From: Vicinamibacteria bacterium
Lineage (GTDB): Bacteria > Acidobacteriota > Vicinamibacteria > Fen-336
Length of the DNA stretch: 64,000 nt
Direction: 5' to 3'
Assembly: GCA_041481445.1 (NCBI GenBank)
Contig: JBGPBV010000004.1
Location: forward strand, 16,531 to 80,530
A program made the translations under genes and the position numbers. The notes under the pieces are model-generated. The model saw only the letters and a list, made by a program, of their open reading frames with translations, was not told the origin of the DNA and made no database searches. Positions 62,846-64,000 of the stretch are shown in pieces (the stretch's first letter is position 1; every line of letters begins with the position of its first letter).

Positions 62846-63574
62846 CTAGACGCCGATCCGGTGGTCCTTGGCCTCGGGCGCGGCCAGCCGGGCCGCGGCC
62901 GGAGGAGCGGCCGGGTTGACCGGAAGCGTCGGGCGCAGGCCGCGGCGGGCCACGCGACGCCCCAGGGCGCGCAGCGACGGCGCCACCACCACCTGCCGCT
63001 TGCGCCGGTTGGCCAGGGCGCGCGTCAGCTCCGTCGCGAGGTCCTGCGGGCTGCGGACGAGCGACGACCACCAGCTCCAAGGGACGCGGCGGTCGGAGGC
63101 GTACTCGATCTTGCAGACGAACCTCATCCCGTCCGGTCCCTCGCGCCACACGCCGAAGCGCGCCCGCACCGGCTTGAGGTCCTCGTGGCGGAGAAGGTTC
63201 CAGACCACCTCCTCGAAGGCCTCCCCGAGCTTCGGGTTGTGGGTGCGGATCGGGTTGTCCTTGAACTGGACGCCCTCCCACAGGAGCTTGCGGACGGAGC
63301 GCTTGAAGTAGTCGAGGGTCTGCTCGTCCTTGCCCACGAACAGGCGCCGGTAGCGGGCGGCGCCTTCGTGCCCCACGATCTCCCAGTCCACGTGGTCGGA
63401 CTTGATGCGCGGGACGCCGTCGAACACGGCTTCCCAGGCCCCGGTGGCGGTCGAGGACGTGATCGACGACGTCCAGTCCTCGCTCTCCGGGACACCAAGC
63501 TGCTCGAGGACGGCCCGGATGCCATGCTCCATCTCGGGGTCCCCGACCGACAACCGGCTGAGGCTCATTGGCAT
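62846..63574 (-). CDS. hypothetical protein (no recognisable domain), upstream partner of the SDH-type protease
   Basis: ATG at 63574 is preceded by a perfect SD (AAGGAG, 6-nt spacer). 242 aa: MPMSLSRLSVGDPEMEHGIRAVLEQLGV... No TM helix or signal peptide. Confidence 0.65.
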   Translation of the reverse strand: MPMSLSRLSVGDPEMEHGIRAVLEQLGVPESEDWTSSITSSTATGAWEAVFDGVPRIKSDHVDWEIVGHEGAARYRRLFVGKDEQTLDYFKRSVRKLLWEGVQFKDNPIRTHNPKLGEAFEEVVWNLLRHEDLKPVRARFGVWREGPDGMRFVCKIEYASDRRVPWSWWSSLVRSPQDLATELTRALANRRKRQVVVAPSLRALGRRVARRGLRPTLPVNPAAPPAAARLAAPEAKDHRIGV

Positions 63575-63735
63575 TGAAAGCTCCTTACCCGGGACTGCCG
63601 TCTTGCGGGACGAGTTGGGGGGAAGCAACCGATGTGCCACCCGTCGCGACCGGGGGCGCGACGGGCAAACAGGCCTCAGGCCGTCAGATTCTGGAAGGAC
63701 GACTCCGGGCGGGCTCGTCCCGGCAATGGCAAACT

Positions 63736-64000
63736 CTACAAAGCGGCATTCACGGCCAGCGCCGGCTGCTGGGCATGCAGGAACCAGCGGTCGAGGACCA
63801 CGCGCCGGGTGAACCAGCGCGACCGGAAGAGGGACCGGCCCGCCGCGGCGACGAGGCCCGCGGGGATGGGCAGGGAAGGCCCGACACCGCCGCGGCCGAA
63901 GCGGGCGGCCAGCTCCCGCCGGTACGGCTCGAGGTCGTCGCGTCCGTATCGCCCGCGCGCGGCGAGGATCGCCTCCGCCGCGAGAAGTCCCGACTCCACC
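63736..64000 (-). CDS. C-terminal part of an FAD-dependent oxidoreductase (geranylgeranyl-reductase-like); 5' end outside window
   Basis: The ORF runs off the window end. ...ESGLLAAEAILAARGRYGRDDLEPYRRELAARFG resembles the C-terminal helices of GGR-family flavoproteins. The call is tentative. Confidence 0.5.
   Translation of the reverse strand, partial: VESGLLAAEAILAARGRYGRDDLEPYRRELAARFGRGGVGPSLPIPAGLVAAAGRSLFRSRWFTRRVVLDRWFLHAQQPALAVNAAL

Noticed and set aside
63575-63735. A duplicated tRNA-Leu 3' end (att site) bounding the two-gene module as an integrated island.
   Set aside because: I found no convincing copy of the tRNA 3' segment (GGTTCGAATCCCCCCTTCCGCACCA) in this spacer. Only a G-run with weak resemblance and an unrelated 9-bp GC hairpin (63640-63665) are present. 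Island status remains unproven.

Overview
About 70% GC bacterial chromosomal segment. The gene content (PadR plus a duplicated FtsX/ADOP-type permease, a DUF1800/DUF1501 pair, many secreted repeat proteins) suggests an Acidobacteriota-like organism; this is inference only. I call about 50 protein genes and one tRNA-Leu(UAG). I saw no rRNA, CRISPR array, transposase or integrase.

(1) 1-16141: one plus-strand gene string, mostly joined by 4-nt NTGA start/stop overlaps. It holds five B12-binding-type radical SAM enzymes (three are tandem paralogs), one SPASM/twitch-type radical SAM, three SAM methyltransferases, a flippase-like membrane protein, a pol-beta nucleotidyltransferase-like protein, an amidohydrolase, a signal-peptide beta-barrel with a CxxCH motif, and a GT87/DUF2029-like membrane protein fused to TolB/PD40 repeats. 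This is my best candidate for an undescribed system: a membrane lipid or lipid-linked glycan modification and export pathway.

(2) 16-31 kb: secreted BNR and PHP hydrolases, a GAF protein, a Ser/Thr kinase, HIT, mutY, murA and a 1490-aa subtilase.

(3) 31-37 kb: prmC-prfA, rpmE, and DUF1800/DUF1501 with an outer-membrane barrel.

(4) 37-46 kb: a PadR-ADOP permease-cytochrome P460-HEAT-TPR operon, an ABC exporter and an SGNH lipoprotein.

(5) 46-59.6 kb: an S9 peptidase, a kinase-DUF4388-J-domain-TPR fusion, and rho-engB-lon-clpX-clpP-tig.

(6) 59.7-64 kb: a 7-repeat secreted protein whose C-terminal domain is shared with the subtilase, tRNA-Leu, and a ClpP-fold (SDH-type) protease with an unknown partner.

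Recurring oddity: three genes (engB, prmC, GT87-like) have conserved N-terminal coding sequence upstream of any ATG/GTG/TTG. In each case CTG, as CTGA, sits where other genes here have ATGA/GTGA/TTGA.

All calls rest on manual motif reading. No database searches were run.
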